Positions 9,299 through 19,969 of a DNA stretch of 64,000 nucleotides are shown piece after piece. The position numbers and the translations under genes were made by a program. Origin of the DNA: an archaeon GW2011_AR15 (lineage in GTDB: Archaea; Nanobdellota; Nanobdellia; Woesearchaeales; GW2011-AR15); contig CP010425.1 in NCBI GenBank assembly GCA_000830295.1, positions 992,001-1,056,000 of the forward strand, written 5' to 3'. The notes under the pieces are model-generated. The model did not search any database. It saw only the letters and a program-made list of their open reading frames with translations, and had not been told where the DNA came from. Numbering within the stretch: the first letter of the stretch is position 1; each line of letters opens with the position of its first letter.

Positions 9299-10849
9299 CT
9301 AAATCTCAATATATTCCTTGAATTTTGAAATTGATTCCCTGTATTTTTTTATTTCTTCTGCTTTTTCCTTCAGTTTTTCGAGTTCAGAGACATAGTGCGC
9401 CCTTATCTTGTCGAGGCTCTCTTTTCCCTTTACCAGCTCATGCTCTTTTTTTCTTATTTTAGCCTCCTTTTTCTCAATATCCTGTGTCCTGCTCCTGATA
9501 TGCTCTTTTATGTTCTTTTTGTCATTGCTCAGTTTTTCAACCTCAAGCTTCAGTTCAGACAGCCTTTTTTCTTCCCTGTTTCGCATATCCAGCAGGTTCT
9601 TCACTTCAGCATCCAGCTCTTTTTTCTTTGTCTGGAAATCACTTTCATAAGAGCCGAGGACTTTCTCTTTTTCAGCAACAAGGTCAAGCCGTTCCAGCAG
9701 CTGGGTCCTCAGCATATTCAGTTTTTCACTTCTCTTCCCAAGTGCTTTTTCTTTTTCTGCAATTCTTCCCTTTTCGCTGTCTAATTCCTTATTCCTTCTC
9801 TCAAATTCTGCCTGCTCAGCTTTATTTGCGAGCCTGTCTTTTTTCATTGTTTTGTCCAGCTTCTGGAAGTCTTCTATCCTTTTTTCAAATTCCCTGGTTT
9901 TGTTTGCCAGTTTCTCTTCCAGTTTGATGACTCTGCTTTCCCTCTTGTTAAGCTCAAGGTCCAGGACATCAGTGTGAGTTTGCCTTTTCTTTAAGTCAGA
10001 AGACTCCTCTTTTAGTATTTCAGAAAACCTCAGCAGGTCTTTTTTCTTTGATTCAAATGCGCTCCTTTCTTTTTCAAAAGAATCTTTTTTTCCGGAAATA
10101 ATTACTTCTCTCTGCTTTATCTCAGACTCTTTCTCACCAAGCGCATTTGAATATTTCCTGAGCTCAGTTTCCTGCTTCCTGAGGCTTTTGGAGGATCTTT
10201 CAAGCAAAGCCTCCTCTGCCTCCATCTCTTTCATCAGCTTTTCAATTTTTTCACGGGTTTTTCCAAGCTCAATCTGCCTGTTCTCAAGCACCCTGTTTTC
10301 CTCAAGTGCATGCCTGTAAATCAGCTTTGCCTTGTGCTCCCTTATTTTTGTATGCTCAAACTTTTTCTCAAGAAGCGCCTCATACTCAGCAAGATGTTTT
10401 TCATACAGTTTCACGCCTGTCAGCTTTGCCTTGTAATCCTTCTTGTGCTTTTCAAAGCTTACTGCAAGCCCAGGCAGCTTATCTTCCAGCTCTTTCAGCT
10501 TCTTTTCCTTATAGTCAAGCTCACTGAATCTCTTTTTCAGCCCCTTGCCCAGAATATCAAGCTTCTTTTTCTTATCAGAGAGCTTTTTGTTGTGCCTTTG
10601 TATATGCCTGTGCTTTCTTTCAAGAGCCTCTTTCTCAGATTCAACTTTAAACAGCTCTCTTTTCCTGGATTCTTTCTCATTAAATATTCTTTTCAGGCTG
10701 TGCCTGACAAGCAGCTCTTTTCTTGCAGCATCCCTCAATTTAGAATCAACTCTGCTGTGAAGAGACTCAAGAGCCTGCTTTCTTTCAGAAATCTGTCTCT
10801 CAAGCTCTTTCAGCTCTTTCTGTTTTTTTCCAGTCTTTTTTTTAGCCAC
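9299..10849 (-). CDS. long coiled-coil protein
   Basis: 516 aa, K/E/L-rich heptads; GTG start. Confidence 0.75.
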   Translation of the reverse strand: MAKKKTGKKQKELKELERQISERKQALESLHSRVDSKLRDAARKELLVRHSLKRIFNEKESRKRELFKVESEKEALERKHRHIQRHNKKLSDKKKKLDILGKGLKKRFSELDYKEKKLKELEDKLPGLAVSFEKHKKDYKAKLTGVKLYEKHLAEYEALLEKKFEHTKIREHKAKLIYRHALEENRVLENRQIELGKTREKIEKLMKEMEAEEALLERSSKSLRKQETELRKYSNALGEKESEIKQREVIISGKKDSFEKERSAFESKKKDLLRFSEILKEESSDLKKRQTHTDVLDLELNKRESRVIKLEEKLANKTREFEKRIEDFQKLDKTMKKDRLANKAEQAEFERRNKELDSEKGRIAEKEKALGKRSEKLNMLRTQLLERLDLVAEKEKVLGSYESDFQTKKKELDAEVKNLLDMRNREEKRLSELKLEVEKLSNDKKNIKEHIRSRTQDIEKKEAKIRKKEHELVKGKESLDKIRAHYVSELEKLKEKAEEIKKYRESISKFKEYIEI

Positions 10850-11016
10850 AAGAATCCCCAGGAGAATAAATTGTTCTGTGATGGTTTATATATATTTCGA
10901 TTTGTTGTCTGCATTTAATTAATAGAAAAATATTGTATTTACTTAATGATAGTAAAAATAGGAATCTTTAAATATAGCCGGCTTTTTTTGATAGTATCTT
11001 TTAAGAAGGTGAAAAA

Positions 11017-11379
11017 ATGGACGCAAATCAGGACCTGGAAAAAGCATTAAAAATTTTACAATCAGTTCCAATAGACTCATGGAAACAAACTCAAGAAGCA
11101 AATACATTTGCAGCATATATAGAGAGTCCTAACGGGACACCATTAAACTTAAACTTAAGCTATCACATGGTGATGGGGCGCGTAGTTCTTTTACCCGGGC
11201 AAGAGGAACCTGAACCTAATAGAGGATATTATCTAAATATCAGAAATGGGAACGATCCTCTTAATGTTCTGTATACCGGGGTAATGTACGAACCAGACAG
11301 TGAATTTGGAAAGATATATCATCAACTCAAGGAGGAGAGATTTGCAAGAGAACATTTAACTTTGGAGGATGTATTTTAA
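11017..11379 (+). CDS. hypothetical protein
   Basis: ORF with GAAGGTGA Shine-Dalgarno-like motif and upstream tttaaata. Confidence 0.65.
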   Translation: MDANQDLEKALKILQSVPIDSWKQTQEANTFAAYIESPNGTPLNLNLSYHMVMGRVVLLPGQEEPEPNRGYYLNIRNGNDPLNVLYTGVMYEPDSEFGKIYHQLKEERFAREHLTLEDVF

Positions 11380-11395
11380 TTTTATTCCAGTTCTC

Positions 11396-11737
11396 TTATT
11401 TTATTATAATCCTTTCAGCAATAATCTCTTTTTCACCATTGTATTCAGATATCTTTCCTGCAATCTCTACGCTGTCGCCAGGGGCAATTTCAATATCAGA
11501 TGAGAAGACAACAGCATTTATTTCAGTGGTTTCTGCCAGCACAAGACGTGTTGCCTCTCCCTTCCGGCTTACTGAAACAACTTTCCCTGCTACCTTTACA
11601 GATTCTTCTGTTTCCCCACTAGTTATCTTGTCTATGGTTGTGTCGTTTATCTCAATCGACTCAGCAACAGCATAGATCAGGCATAGCCCGACCAGTGATA
11701 CGAGTATAGCTATCCTTAGCAGGGTTGATTCTTTCAT
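11396..11737 (-). CDS. membrane-anchored OB-fold protein
   Basis: N-terminal TM helix; VKVAGKV...PGDSVEIAGKISEYNGEKEIIA. Confidence 0.75.
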   Translation of the reverse strand: MKESTLLRIAILVSLVGLCLIYAVAESIEINDTTIDKITSGETEESVKVAGKVVSVSRKGEATRLVLAETTEINAVVFSSDIEIAPGDSVEIAGKISEYNGEKEIIAERIIIK

Positions 11738-11749
11738 TTTAACGGGAGA

Positions 11750-13660
11750 CTAATGCTTTTTTGTTTTTGCCCTGAGCTGATGAAGTACTTTTTCATGCCC
11801 TTTCCAGTCAAGGGCAGTCTCAAGGACTTCAAGAATGTTTTCCACAGGTATGACTTTTATTTTTGAAAGCTGCTCAGGAGAGATTATAATATCCCTCATG
11901 TTACTCTTGGGCACAATGACATACTTAAGTCCTGCTTCAATTGCTGCTTCCACTTTGCTTGTCACACCGCCTACAGGCAGCACTTCCCCTCTTACAGAGA
12001 GTGAGCCGGTCATTGCATGATCCTGCTTGATAGGCACTTCCTTCAGCGCGGAGATTATTGTTGTTGCAACAGCAATGCTGGCTGAATCCCCCTCAACACC
12101 TTCGTGAGTCTGGAGGAACTGGACATAAATGTCATATTTGTGCTGGATATCCTCTCCAAAGTATTTCCTTACGATAGCAGTGACATTTTTTATAGCTTCC
12201 TTGGCAATTTCCCCAAGGTTTCCGGTTGCAATTACCTGAGACTCTTTTCCGCCAAGCGTAACCTCTGATTCAATAGGGAGTATAATTCCTGAGAAAGCTG
12301 CTCCTCCGCCGATTACAGCAAGCCCGTTTACCCTTCCGACCTGCTTTCCTGATGTCCTTATCACTTCGTATTCCTTTTTCCTGTCTATATATTTGTCAGC
12401 TATCTGCTGCTCAAGTGTCCTTGAAATCTGCTTTGCCTTCTTTATGTGTTCAGGCTCAACAAGCTTATCTCCTTTTTCAGCAGCAACATCACCGGCAGCC
12501 CTTACAAGCCCTCCGAGATCCCTTAACCTCAGCGTAAGATGGCCTTTCCTGTTGGCCCTTTTCCTTGCCTCTTTTATTATCTCTTCGACAGCGGCTTTTG
12601 AGAAATGGGGGATCCTCTCATCTTTCTGGACTTCCTGGGCTATGAAAACAGCCAGCTTTTCCCTGTTTTCTTCATTATCCGGAATAGTCTCATCCATGAA
12701 AACCTCATAGCCGTATCCCCTTATCCTTGACCTTAAAGCAGGATGCATGTGCTTTACAGTCTCAAGGTTGCCTGCTGCCACGAGAATGAATTTGCATGGT
12801 ACAGGCTCTGTCCTTACCATAGCTCCCGCCGACCTTTCGGACTGGCCTGTAATTGCATACTTGCCTTCCTGCAGTGATGTAAGCAGCTCCTGCTGCGTCT
12901 GCGGCTGCAGTGTTGCAATCTCATCTATAAACAGCACACCCATATGGGCCTTGTGTATCATTCCCGCAACAACCCTGTCATGGCTGGGAGTGCCGAGCCC
13001 TCCGGACTGGAACGGGTCATGGAGGACATCCCCAAGCAGAGCTCCGGCATGGCTACCTGTTGCATCAAAGAATGGTGCCTGTTTTTTCCCAAAATTATCA
13101 ACAATAACCCTTGGAGCAAGTGTTTTCTGCTCCATCTTCCTCCCGAAGTTCATCATGAATATAAATCCGAACACAAACACGATTCCTGTCACCATTGATG
13201 CAGAATATATTATTGCGTTTGCAGTCGGGTTTCCCGGAACAAAGAATTCGTTCTTCCACAAATAGTAAGGCACAAGTGTTGAAATTATTATAAGTATTAT
13301 CATGATTACATTCATATGGCTCATTGAGGTATTGCTCTGTATCTTTGCCTTCATGGCAAATTCCCTTCCTTTTCCGCCTGCCATTGTCCTTATCAGCGGC
13401 TGGTTTTCATCATTGGGATTCGGGAAAGACAGGATATCAACAAGCTTTTCTTTTGGCAGAAGCTCAGCAAGAGCAATGCCCAGCATGGATTTTCCGGTTC
13501 CGGGCTCTCCTATAAGCAGGACGTGCCTTCTCTGCCCAGCAGCCTTTTTTATTATATTTACGGCATGCTCCTGTCCTATTACCTGGTCCACAATTTTTTT
13601 GGAAACAGGTATATCCTTTGTAGTCCTGAATTTGAGCCCCTTTGCCTTTTTTTCAGCCAT
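11750..13660 (-). CDS. lonB: archaeal Lon protease LonB
   Basis: Walker A GEPGTGKS, two TM helices, LFIDEI, catalytic EGDSAS and GGVTSK. Confidence 0.96.
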   Translation of the reverse strand: MAEKKAKGLKFRTTKDIPVSKKIVDQVIGQEHAVNIIKKAAGQRRHVLLIGEPGTGKSMLGIALAELLPKEKLVDILSFPNPNDENQPLIRTMAGGKGREFAMKAKIQSNTSMSHMNVIMIILIIISTLVPYYLWKNEFFVPGNPTANAIIYSASMVTGIVFVFGFIFMMNFGRKMEQKTLAPRVIVDNFGKKQAPFFDATGSHAGALLGDVLHDPFQSGGLGTPSHDRVVAGMIHKAHMGVLFIDEIATLQPQTQQELLTSLQEGKYAITGQSERSAGAMVRTEPVPCKFILVAAGNLETVKHMHPALRSRIRGYGYEVFMDETIPDNEENREKLAVFIAQEVQKDERIPHFSKAAVEEIIKEARKRANRKGHLTLRLRDLGGLVRAAGDVAAEKGDKLVEPEHIKKAKQISRTLEQQIADKYIDRKKEYEVIRTSGKQVGRVNGLAVIGGGAAFSGIILPIESEVTLGGKESQVIATGNLGEIAKEAIKNVTAIVRKYFGEDIQHKYDIYVQFLQTHEGVEGDSASIAVATTIISALKEVPIKQDHAMTGSLSVRGEVLPVGGVTSKVEAAIEAGLKYVIVPKSNMRDIIISPEQLSKIKVIPVENILEVLETALDWKGHEKVLHQLRAKTKKH

Positions 13661-13716
13661 TCTAAACCGTAAAATGCACTTGGTATTTAAATTTAGTGAT
13701 AGAAAATATGCAGATT

Positions 13717-14421
13717 TTATTTCTCGGAAACAGCAGATGAGTAATATTCAACAGCCTTGGCTATATCATGCTTTGTTATCTCTGCCACTTTTTTATTGAG
13801 CTGGAATATTTTTGAGCCTGCAGAATCCCACAGGAAAGTCCCTGAAAAATTCCTTGAAGGCTCCACTATCATATCTGGCGGGACAAAAAAAGAGCTGTAG
13901 ATATTCTCTTTCAGCATGTCCGGAGTTATTGAATCAATGTCAAGCTTCTCGTCCAGTATTTTTCTTATTATCACTCTTGACGCATCAGCAATCTCCTGCT
14001 TAGGGTCATAGTTTATGCATATGTTAAGGAAGAAGTGGTCGAAATCATGAGTCTCGCTGCTGAGCTTTTTCAGCTCTTCAACAAGCTGCCCTTGCAGATC
14101 ATACCACCTGCCAAAGACATTTATGTTCATCTTATGCTCTATGGCTTTTTTCAGAAGCACTTTGCACTCTCCGTAAAGCGCTTTTTCACTTATGTTTTCT
14201 TTTTTTCCGAGAGATACTGTAAGAATAGGAATGTTTTTTTCTTTCTGAAGATCCATTAGTTCAGAGAAGAAGCCTAAAAGTTTCCTGAAGTCCTCTTCTT
14301 TGCTCTCTTCTGCTGAATTCAGCGGATAAAGGTTTATCAGGACATGCTTCGGAAGATTCTTTTCCTCCGGAGTCCTCTGCAGCAATGCCTGCAGTTTTTT
14401 CAGGTCGATTAATCCGGGCAT
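13717..14421 (-). CDS. cis-prenyltransferase (UppS) family protein, degenerate active site
   Basis: [30 protein letters not shown]; the DGNRR and RTSGE motifs are absent. Confidence 0.75.
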   Translation of the reverse strand: MPGLIDLKKLQALLQRTPEEKNLPKHVLINLYPLNSAEESKEEDFRKLLGFFSELMDLQKEKNIPILTVSLGKKENISEKALYGECKVLLKKAIEHKMNINVFGRWYDLQGQLVEELKKLSSETHDFDHFFLNICINYDPKQEIADASRVIIRKILDEKLDIDSITPDMLKENIYSSFFVPPDMIVEPSRNFSGTFLWDSAGSKIFQLNKKVAEITKHDIAKAVEYYSSAVSEK

Positions 14422-14493
14422 ATATTTTTGGATATCTCAGATCTTTTTAAGAGTTTGGTTATATTTTTAAAAGCAGCCAGTTTCCCAGAAGCT

Positions 14494-16179
14494 ATGGAAG
14501 GATTTTATGAAGAGATAGTATCAGTGCTGAAAAAGAAGAAGCTTTCGAAAAAAGAGCTTAACAGGCTGAAGACCAAGCTTTCAAAAAAATACGGGCTCAG
14601 GAAGATTCCAACAGACGCAGATATAATCCTTAATGCTGATCCTGAATATGCAGAAAAACTGGAGCTTATCACAAAGCCGACAAGAACATTGTCAGGAGTC
14701 GCTCCAATAGCACTGATGACAAGACCCCATAAGTGCCCGCACGGGACATGCATATACTGCCCCGGAGGACCTGGCAGCATCTTTGGCGATGTCCCACAGT
14801 CATACACAGGCAGGGAGCCAAGCACAATGAGGTCTGCAAGAAACCATTATGACCCTTATCTTGTTGTTTTCAACAGGCTTGAGCAGTTCTTCATACTCAA
14901 CCAGAACCCTGAAAAGACAGAGATCATCATACAGGGCGGCACATTCCCTTCGCTTGACGATAAGTATAAGGAAGAGTTTGTCATGTATGTATTCAAGGCA
15001 ATGAATGATTTTTCGGACAAGTTCTACAAAAATAATAAGTTTGATTTTGTCTCATTCAAAAAATTCTTTGAGCTGCCGGGAGACATAAAGGATGCAGAAA
15101 GAACCAGCAGAGTCCAGCAGAAAGTGCTGAAATTAAAAAAGAGTTCCGGGCTTGAAAAAGAAAAGAAGAGAAATGAGAGCTCAAGAATAAGATGCGTAGG
15201 CCTCACAATAGAGACAAAGCCTGACTGGGGGCTCCTTAAGCAGGGAAACGAGATGCTGGAATATGGCTGCACAAGAGTCGAGCTTGGAGTCCAGGCAACA
15301 GATGACAGGATACAGAGGTTCACAAACAGGGGACATGGCATAAAGGAGACAGTAGAGAGCACAAGGATACTGAAAGACCTTGGATTCAAGATAAATTATC
15401 ACATGATGCCAGGGCTTCCGCTCAGCAGCCCTGAAAAAGACCTTGAGATGCTCAGGGAAACAATAGAAAACCCAGATTTCAAGCCGGACATGTTCAAGAT
15501 ATATCCGACAATGGTGCTGAAAGGCACAGCGCTTTACAGGATGTGGCAAAAAGGAAAATACCTGCCAATGACGAGAGAAACAGCAGCGGAAATAATTTCA
15601 GAGTTCAAGCGCTACATACCGCGCTGGGTGAGGATAATGAGGGTCCAGAGGGATATTCCCACATATGTCACAGAAGCCGGGGTTGACAGGACTAATCTCA
15701 GGCAGTATGTTGAAGAAAAACTCAGGCAGAAAAAAATTGCATGCAGATGCATAAGGTGCAGAGAAGCGGGACTTGTCTCAAGAAAGGAAAACATCAGCAA
15801 AATTATTCCTGAGCTTTTTGTTGAAGAATACGAGGCAAGCAGGGGAAGAGAATTTTTTATTTCTTTTGAGAGCCGTGACAGGAAAGTGCTTTTCGGCTAC
15901 TGCAGGCTGAGATTCCCCTCGCAGTTTTTGAGGAAAGAAATAACAGAGGGGAGCGCACTGCTGAGGGAGCTGCATGTTGTGGGAACAGCAACAGGGATAG
16001 GGGGGGAAGGGAATGTGCAGCACAGGGGCATGGGGAAAAAGCTGCTTGAGAAAGCAGAGAAAATTGCCTTAGAGAATGGCAAGAGCAAGATGGTCGTCAT
16101 TTCAGGGGTCGGAGTAAGGGAATATTACAGGAAGCTTGGATATAAGAGACAAGGACCATACATGGCAAAATTACTCTGA
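14494..16179 (+). CDS. elp3: Elp3 tRNA U34 carboxymethyltransferase (radical SAM plus KAT)
   Basis: CPHGTCIYCPGG, SYTGREP, RELHV, QHRGMG, GVREYYRKLGY. Confidence 0.95.
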   Translation: MEGFYEEIVSVLKKKKLSKKELNRLKTKLSKKYGLRKIPTDADIILNADPEYAEKLELITKPTRTLSGVAPIALMTRPHKCPHGTCIYCPGGPGSIFGDVPQSYTGREPSTMRSARNHYDPYLVVFNRLEQFFILNQNPEKTEIIIQGGTFPSLDDKYKEEFVMYVFKAMNDFSDKFYKNNKFDFVSFKKFFELPGDIKDAERTSRVQQKVLKLKKSSGLEKEKKRNESSRIRCVGLTIETKPDWGLLKQGNEMLEYGCTRVELGVQATDDRIQRFTNRGHGIKETVESTRILKDLGFKINYHMMPGLPLSSPEKDLEMLRETIENPDFKPDMFKIYPTMVLKGTALYRMWQKGKYLPMTRETAAEIISEFKRYIPRWVRIMRVQRDIPTYVTEAGVDRTNLRQYVEEKLRQKKIACRCIRCREAGLVSRKENISKIIPELFVEEYEASRGREFFISFESRDRKVLFGYCRLRFPSQFLRKEITEGSALLRELHVVGTATGIGGEGNVQHRGMGKKLLEKAEKIALENGKSKMVVISGVGVREYYRKLGYKRQGPYMAKLL

Positions 16180-16222
16180 TATTCAGATAAATTTAAATAT
16201 CCTCTTTTTCATTGTCACTGAA

Positions 16223-16486
16223 ATGACGAATGCCCAGGGCTTCCTGGATGAGATTATTATTAATATCAAGACAAGCATTGCTACTGGCATTGATGTTTCT
16301 TCTGTTAAATTCTGCGAAACTCTCTGCAATCCCCCTTTTCTTATGAATGAGCGCGGGAAGTGCAACATGTATGTAGAAAGGCCTGAATTAAAAGAAGCAT
16401 ATATATGCCCTTATCTAAAGAAAGAAGACAGATGCGGCAAGGACTCAAGAACTCCGTTAGGTAAAAATTACCTTACCTATGCATAA
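16223..16486 (+). CDS. small Cys-containing hypothetical protein
   Basis: ATG 16223 follows tttaaata; five Cys residues. Confidence 0.45.
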   Translation: MTNAQGFLDEIIINIKTSIATGIDVSSVKFCETLCNPPFLMNERGKCNMYVERPELKEAYICPYLKKEDRCGKDSRTPLGKNYLTYA

Positions 16487-16547
16487 TTACCCAAAATTAT
16501 TTAAAGAATATAATACTCACACAATTCTATAAGGTGTTTTTCGGGTT

Positions 16548-16838
16548 ATGAGTAAAATAAGACTGTTAGTTTTAGACGTTCTAAAACCACACGAGCCGTC
16601 AATAATGCGGATTGCTACAGCATTAAGCGACCTTGAGGGAGTTGATGGCGCAGATATTACGGTATATGAGATAGACAGCAAAGTGGAGAACGTAAAAGTC
16701 ACGCTGCAGGGCAAGGATATTGATTTCGCGCAGGTCAAGGAAATAATGGAAGAGAATGGCGCTTCTATACACAGTATCGACAAGGTATCAACCGGAGCTG
16801 TGATTGTTGAGGAGGCCCATACCCATCAGGATACTTAA
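16548..16838 (+). CDS. DUF211 family protein
   Basis: LVLDVLKPHEP...GASIHSIDKV. Confidence 0.88.
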   Translation: MSKIRLLVLDVLKPHEPSIMRIATALSDLEGVDGADITVYEIDSKVENVKVTLQGKDIDFAQVKEIMEENGASIHSIDKVSTGAVIVEEAHTHQDT

Positions 16839-16853
16839 TCCAGATGAAAACTC

Positions 16854-17435
16854 ATGGAATTCTTAAAAAAATTAAAGGAATACAACAGGATTGCAAAAAT
16901 TTCTGAGATAGCAAGAAGATACTTTGTAATGAATTCTTTTGACGGCATACTTACTATACTGGGCATCCTCATAGGAACCTATGTTGCAAAAGTGGAGAGC
17001 CCGCACATTATCATTTCCACGGGAATTGCAGCAAGCATTGCCATGGCTGTTTCAGGCATGTGGGGAACATATCTGACTGAAGAGGCAGAGCGAAAAAAGA
17101 AGCTGAAGGATTTAAGAAAGCATATCATGGTGGACCTGGAGAAGACCAAGCTTGGGGAAGCGGAAAGGGCAGCTGCAATAATAGTGTCTTTCATAGACGG
17201 AGCTGCGCCATTCCTTTCAGCAGTGATTGTGCTCATACCTTTTTTCCTTATTAACCTTATCAACCTTCAGATTGCATATTCAATCAGCATAGCACTGGCG
17301 TTTGTGCTCCTTATAATACTCGGCGGGTTCCTGGGGCATATATCAAAAGAAAGCATACTGAAGAATGCACTGAAGATGCTGCTTGCAGGCATTGTTTCTG
17401 TGGTATTGATACTCCTTCTTGGCAGCTATGGTTAA
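16854..17435 (+). CDS. VIT1/CCC1-like membrane protein
   Basis: RRYFVMNSFDG, GTYLTEEAE; adjacent to DUF211 gene. Confidence 0.8.
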   Translation: MEFLKKLKEYNRIAKISEIARRYFVMNSFDGILTILGILIGTYVAKVESPHIIISTGIAASIAMAVSGMWGTYLTEEAERKKKLKDLRKHIMVDLEKTKLGEAERAAAIIVSFIDGAAPFLSAVIVLIPFFLINLINLQIAYSISIALAFVLLIILGGFLGHISKESILKNALKMLLAGIVSVVLILLLGSYG

Positions 17436-17443
17436 TTTTTTAA

Positions 17444-18430
17444 ATGAGGCAGTCCTCTTCCGCAAATATGGAACTAAAAGCTTTCCCTGACAAGGAAGAC
17501 ATAAAGCTGAAAAAAGCCTTTGAGGAGAGGTACAGGATGCTTCTCGGAGAGAGGTTTGAGGAGTATATGAAGTATTCGCTTTCTTTTCTTACAAGGTCAA
17601 TAAGGGTAAATACAGTCAAAGCTTCTGTTAAAGATGTGAGAAGAAGGCTGGAGGAAAAGGGATGGAAGCTTTATCAGATCCCTTTCTGCAAAGAAGGCTT
17701 CTGGGTTGAGCATGAAACAGGAAGGATTGATATCGGAAATACAAGAGAGCACGCGCTCGGCTATTATTATGTCCAGGAAGCGGCTTCTATGATACCCCCG
17801 ATTGTGCTGGGCCCAAAAAAGCATGAGCTGATACTTGACATGTGCGCTGCTCCGGGAAGCAAGACAACACAGATAGCGCAGTATATGGGGAATACAGGCC
17901 TTCTCATAGCGAATGACCTCACAGGAGACAGGATGAAGCCTCTCGGCATAAACATCCAGAGGATGGGGCTTACTAATGTAATTATCACGAAAATGTACGG
18001 CCAGTGGTTCAGCAGGAGAAAAATAGAGTTTGACGGGGTGCTTGTCGATGCTCCGTGCTCAGGCACAGGCACGATAAGGAAAAGCCTGAAGACGCTTACA
18101 ATATGGAATCCCGGGATGATTGAAAGGCTGGCAGCAACCCAGAGAAAGCTTATCTCAACAGGCTTTGAAAGCCTGAAGAAAGGCGGAGTTATGGTGTATT
18201 CGACATGCTCAACAGAACCATTAGAGAATGAGGCAGTTATTTCTTATTTGTTGGAAAGCCGCAAAGCCGCAAAAATTGAAGAGATTAAGATGGATTTAAA
18301 GAGGTCTGAGCCTGTCATGGAATTTGAAGGTCAGAAATTCAATCCTGAAGTCAAGAAATGTTTAAGATTGTGGCCGCAGGATAATAATACAGAGGGTTTT
18401 TTTGTGTGTAGAATAAGAAAAACCAGTTAA
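17444..18430 (+). CDS. RsmB/NOP2 family RNA m5C methyltransferase
   Basis: QEAASM, DMCAAPGSKT, DAPCSG, YSTCS, EGFF. Confidence 0.93.
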   Translation: MRQSSSANMELKAFPDKEDIKLKKAFEERYRMLLGERFEEYMKYSLSFLTRSIRVNTVKASVKDVRRRLEEKGWKLYQIPFCKEGFWVEHETGRIDIGNTREHALGYYYVQEAASMIPPIVLGPKKHELILDMCAAPGSKTTQIAQYMGNTGLLIANDLTGDRMKPLGINIQRMGLTNVIITKMYGQWFSRRKIEFDGVLVDAPCSGTGTIRKSLKTLTIWNPGMIERLAATQRKLISTGFESLKKGGVMVYSTCSTEPLENEAVISYLLESRKAAKIEEIKMDLKRSEPVMEFEGQKFNPEVKKCLRLWPQDNNTEGFFVCRIRKTS

Positions 18431-18461
18431 GCTTATAAATAAATTCTATCTCGCTGAAAAA

Positions 18462-19628
18462 ATGGGACTTAGCAGAAGAGAGTTTTTAAATTTGAGTTTG
18501 CTGTGCTTAGCTACACCGGCTCTCCGTTCTATTGATTTAATGTTATCTATGCCTCTCTTAGGCGGTAGTCAAAACTCTACTTTGCTTTTAGATGATATAC
18601 TTTCTGGAAAAAACTACTCAGTTCCTGCATTTATTGATATGATCAAAGAAACTAGCGGTGGAGATTATAGAACCTTAAGCTTTGGCGAATCACATGGTGT
18701 TAATGAACAGAGAGGATTGGCACGCAGAATTTTGACAGCAATTAAAGAGGATATTGATCTTTTTATTGAGGAGAAGAACACATTCTTTACCTCTGATCAG
18801 ACCATTGACAAATGGAATCAAGGGTATGACAAAGAGATATTTGATCCATGGATACCTCTTCAATTCATAATGCGGGGCTTAAATAGAATAGAAGAAGGAT
18901 TATTAGTCACATATTCAGGAAATATGCATACGCATAGCAGTCTTCATGACAAATATTATTTTGGATCAGTCACTGATCATTATTTTAGTAAGACCCAAGA
19001 TTCACGTTACCGAACTATTGATGAATCTTTAGAATATATGGATTCTAAAGGAATTACCCTGCTAATGCTGGAGGAAGATAATATTTCTAAAGACTTGCAA
19101 AATAAATTTCTTGCAGCGAACTTTTCCAGAATAGAAGGTTTTAAGGATCATGTTCCAAAAGAGGGATATTGGAGAGAGATATGCGATTATTTTATGAGTG
19201 AGACAAGCCAAAAGCTGGAAGAGATAAATAATCATAGAATCTATGAGTTAGACCAAGAGTTATTCATTTATGTTTCTCCTCCCGAAGATGTTAAAAAAGG
19301 TCAACTTGAAATAATTGAGAATTTCATGACAGTATTTAGCCATCCCACATTAAGACAATACATACTGGAAAATAATTTAGGATATATGAAAGGAGACCAT
19401 TTTAAGGGGGGATATGGGACCACGCCTGGCAAAATAGCCGGCTTAATGAGCTTCCAGTTTCCTGACGAAAGACCAGAGAAGGAAAGAAGACATCTTGAGA
19501 TTATTCTTAAACATAATCCTTGGAAAGAAAGAGTGCCTGTTTTAGCAAAATTATTTGATCCACAGAAAGGAGAGTATGGAGAATATGAAGAGCTGAATTT
19601 GCTTTCTAGACATGGCCATTCTGATTAA
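18462..19628 (+). CDS. exported hypothetical protein with twin-arginine-like signal
   Basis: SRREFL followed by a hydrophobic stretch; GESH and GNMH motifs. Confidence 0.65.
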   Translation: MGLSRREFLNLSLLCLATPALRSIDLMLSMPLLGGSQNSTLLLDDILSGKNYSVPAFIDMIKETSGGDYRTLSFGESHGVNEQRGLARRILTAIKEDIDLFIEEKNTFFTSDQTIDKWNQGYDKEIFDPWIPLQFIMRGLNRIEEGLLVTYSGNMHTHSSLHDKYYFGSVTDHYFSKTQDSRYRTIDESLEYMDSKGITLLMLEEDNISKDLQNKFLAANFSRIEGFKDHVPKEGYWREICDYFMSETSQKLEEINNHRIYELDQELFIYVSPPEDVKKGQLEIIENFMTVFSHPTLRQYILENNLGYMKGDHFKGGYGTTPGKIAGLMSFQFPDERPEKERRHLEIILKHNPWKERVPVLAKLFDPQKGEYGEYEELNLLSRHGHSD

Positions 19629-19666
19629 AACATAATTTTAAATATAAATTTTCTGTCCCTGAATCC

Positions 19667-19969
19667 ATGAGTGATTTATATAAGCTTGATATTGACCTTG
19701 AAGGAAGTGTTACATTATATAATTCTCCTGTTCAGGCAATGCCATTAGGACTTCCAATATTTGTGTTCTCTACAAACCCGACAGACGGAGAAAAAGACCC
19801 AATGAAAAGAGATCCTCTTGCTTTTAATGAAGAAGAAGCTATGGCCACAGATTATATAAAAGCTTTCAGGCCGCCGAGAGCAAATGCTTATGTCATTGGC
19901 AGCTCTGTACGCACTCCCAGAAACATAATCTACAAGGCCGTCCAGTTCTACAGAGTTGATAAGATATGA
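19667..19969 (+). CDS. hypothetical protein
   Basis: ORF with upstream TATA; overlaps the next gene at ATGA. Confidence 0.6.
   Translation: MSDLYKLDIDLEGSVTLYNSPVQAMPLGLPIFVFSTNPTDGEKDPMKRDPLAFNEEEAMATDYIKAFRPPRANAYVIGSSVRTPRNIIYKAVQFYRVDKI

Noticed and set aside
9299-10849. SMC-like chromosome segregation protein
   Set aside because: No Walker motifs or hinge are present, so it is a coiled coil only.
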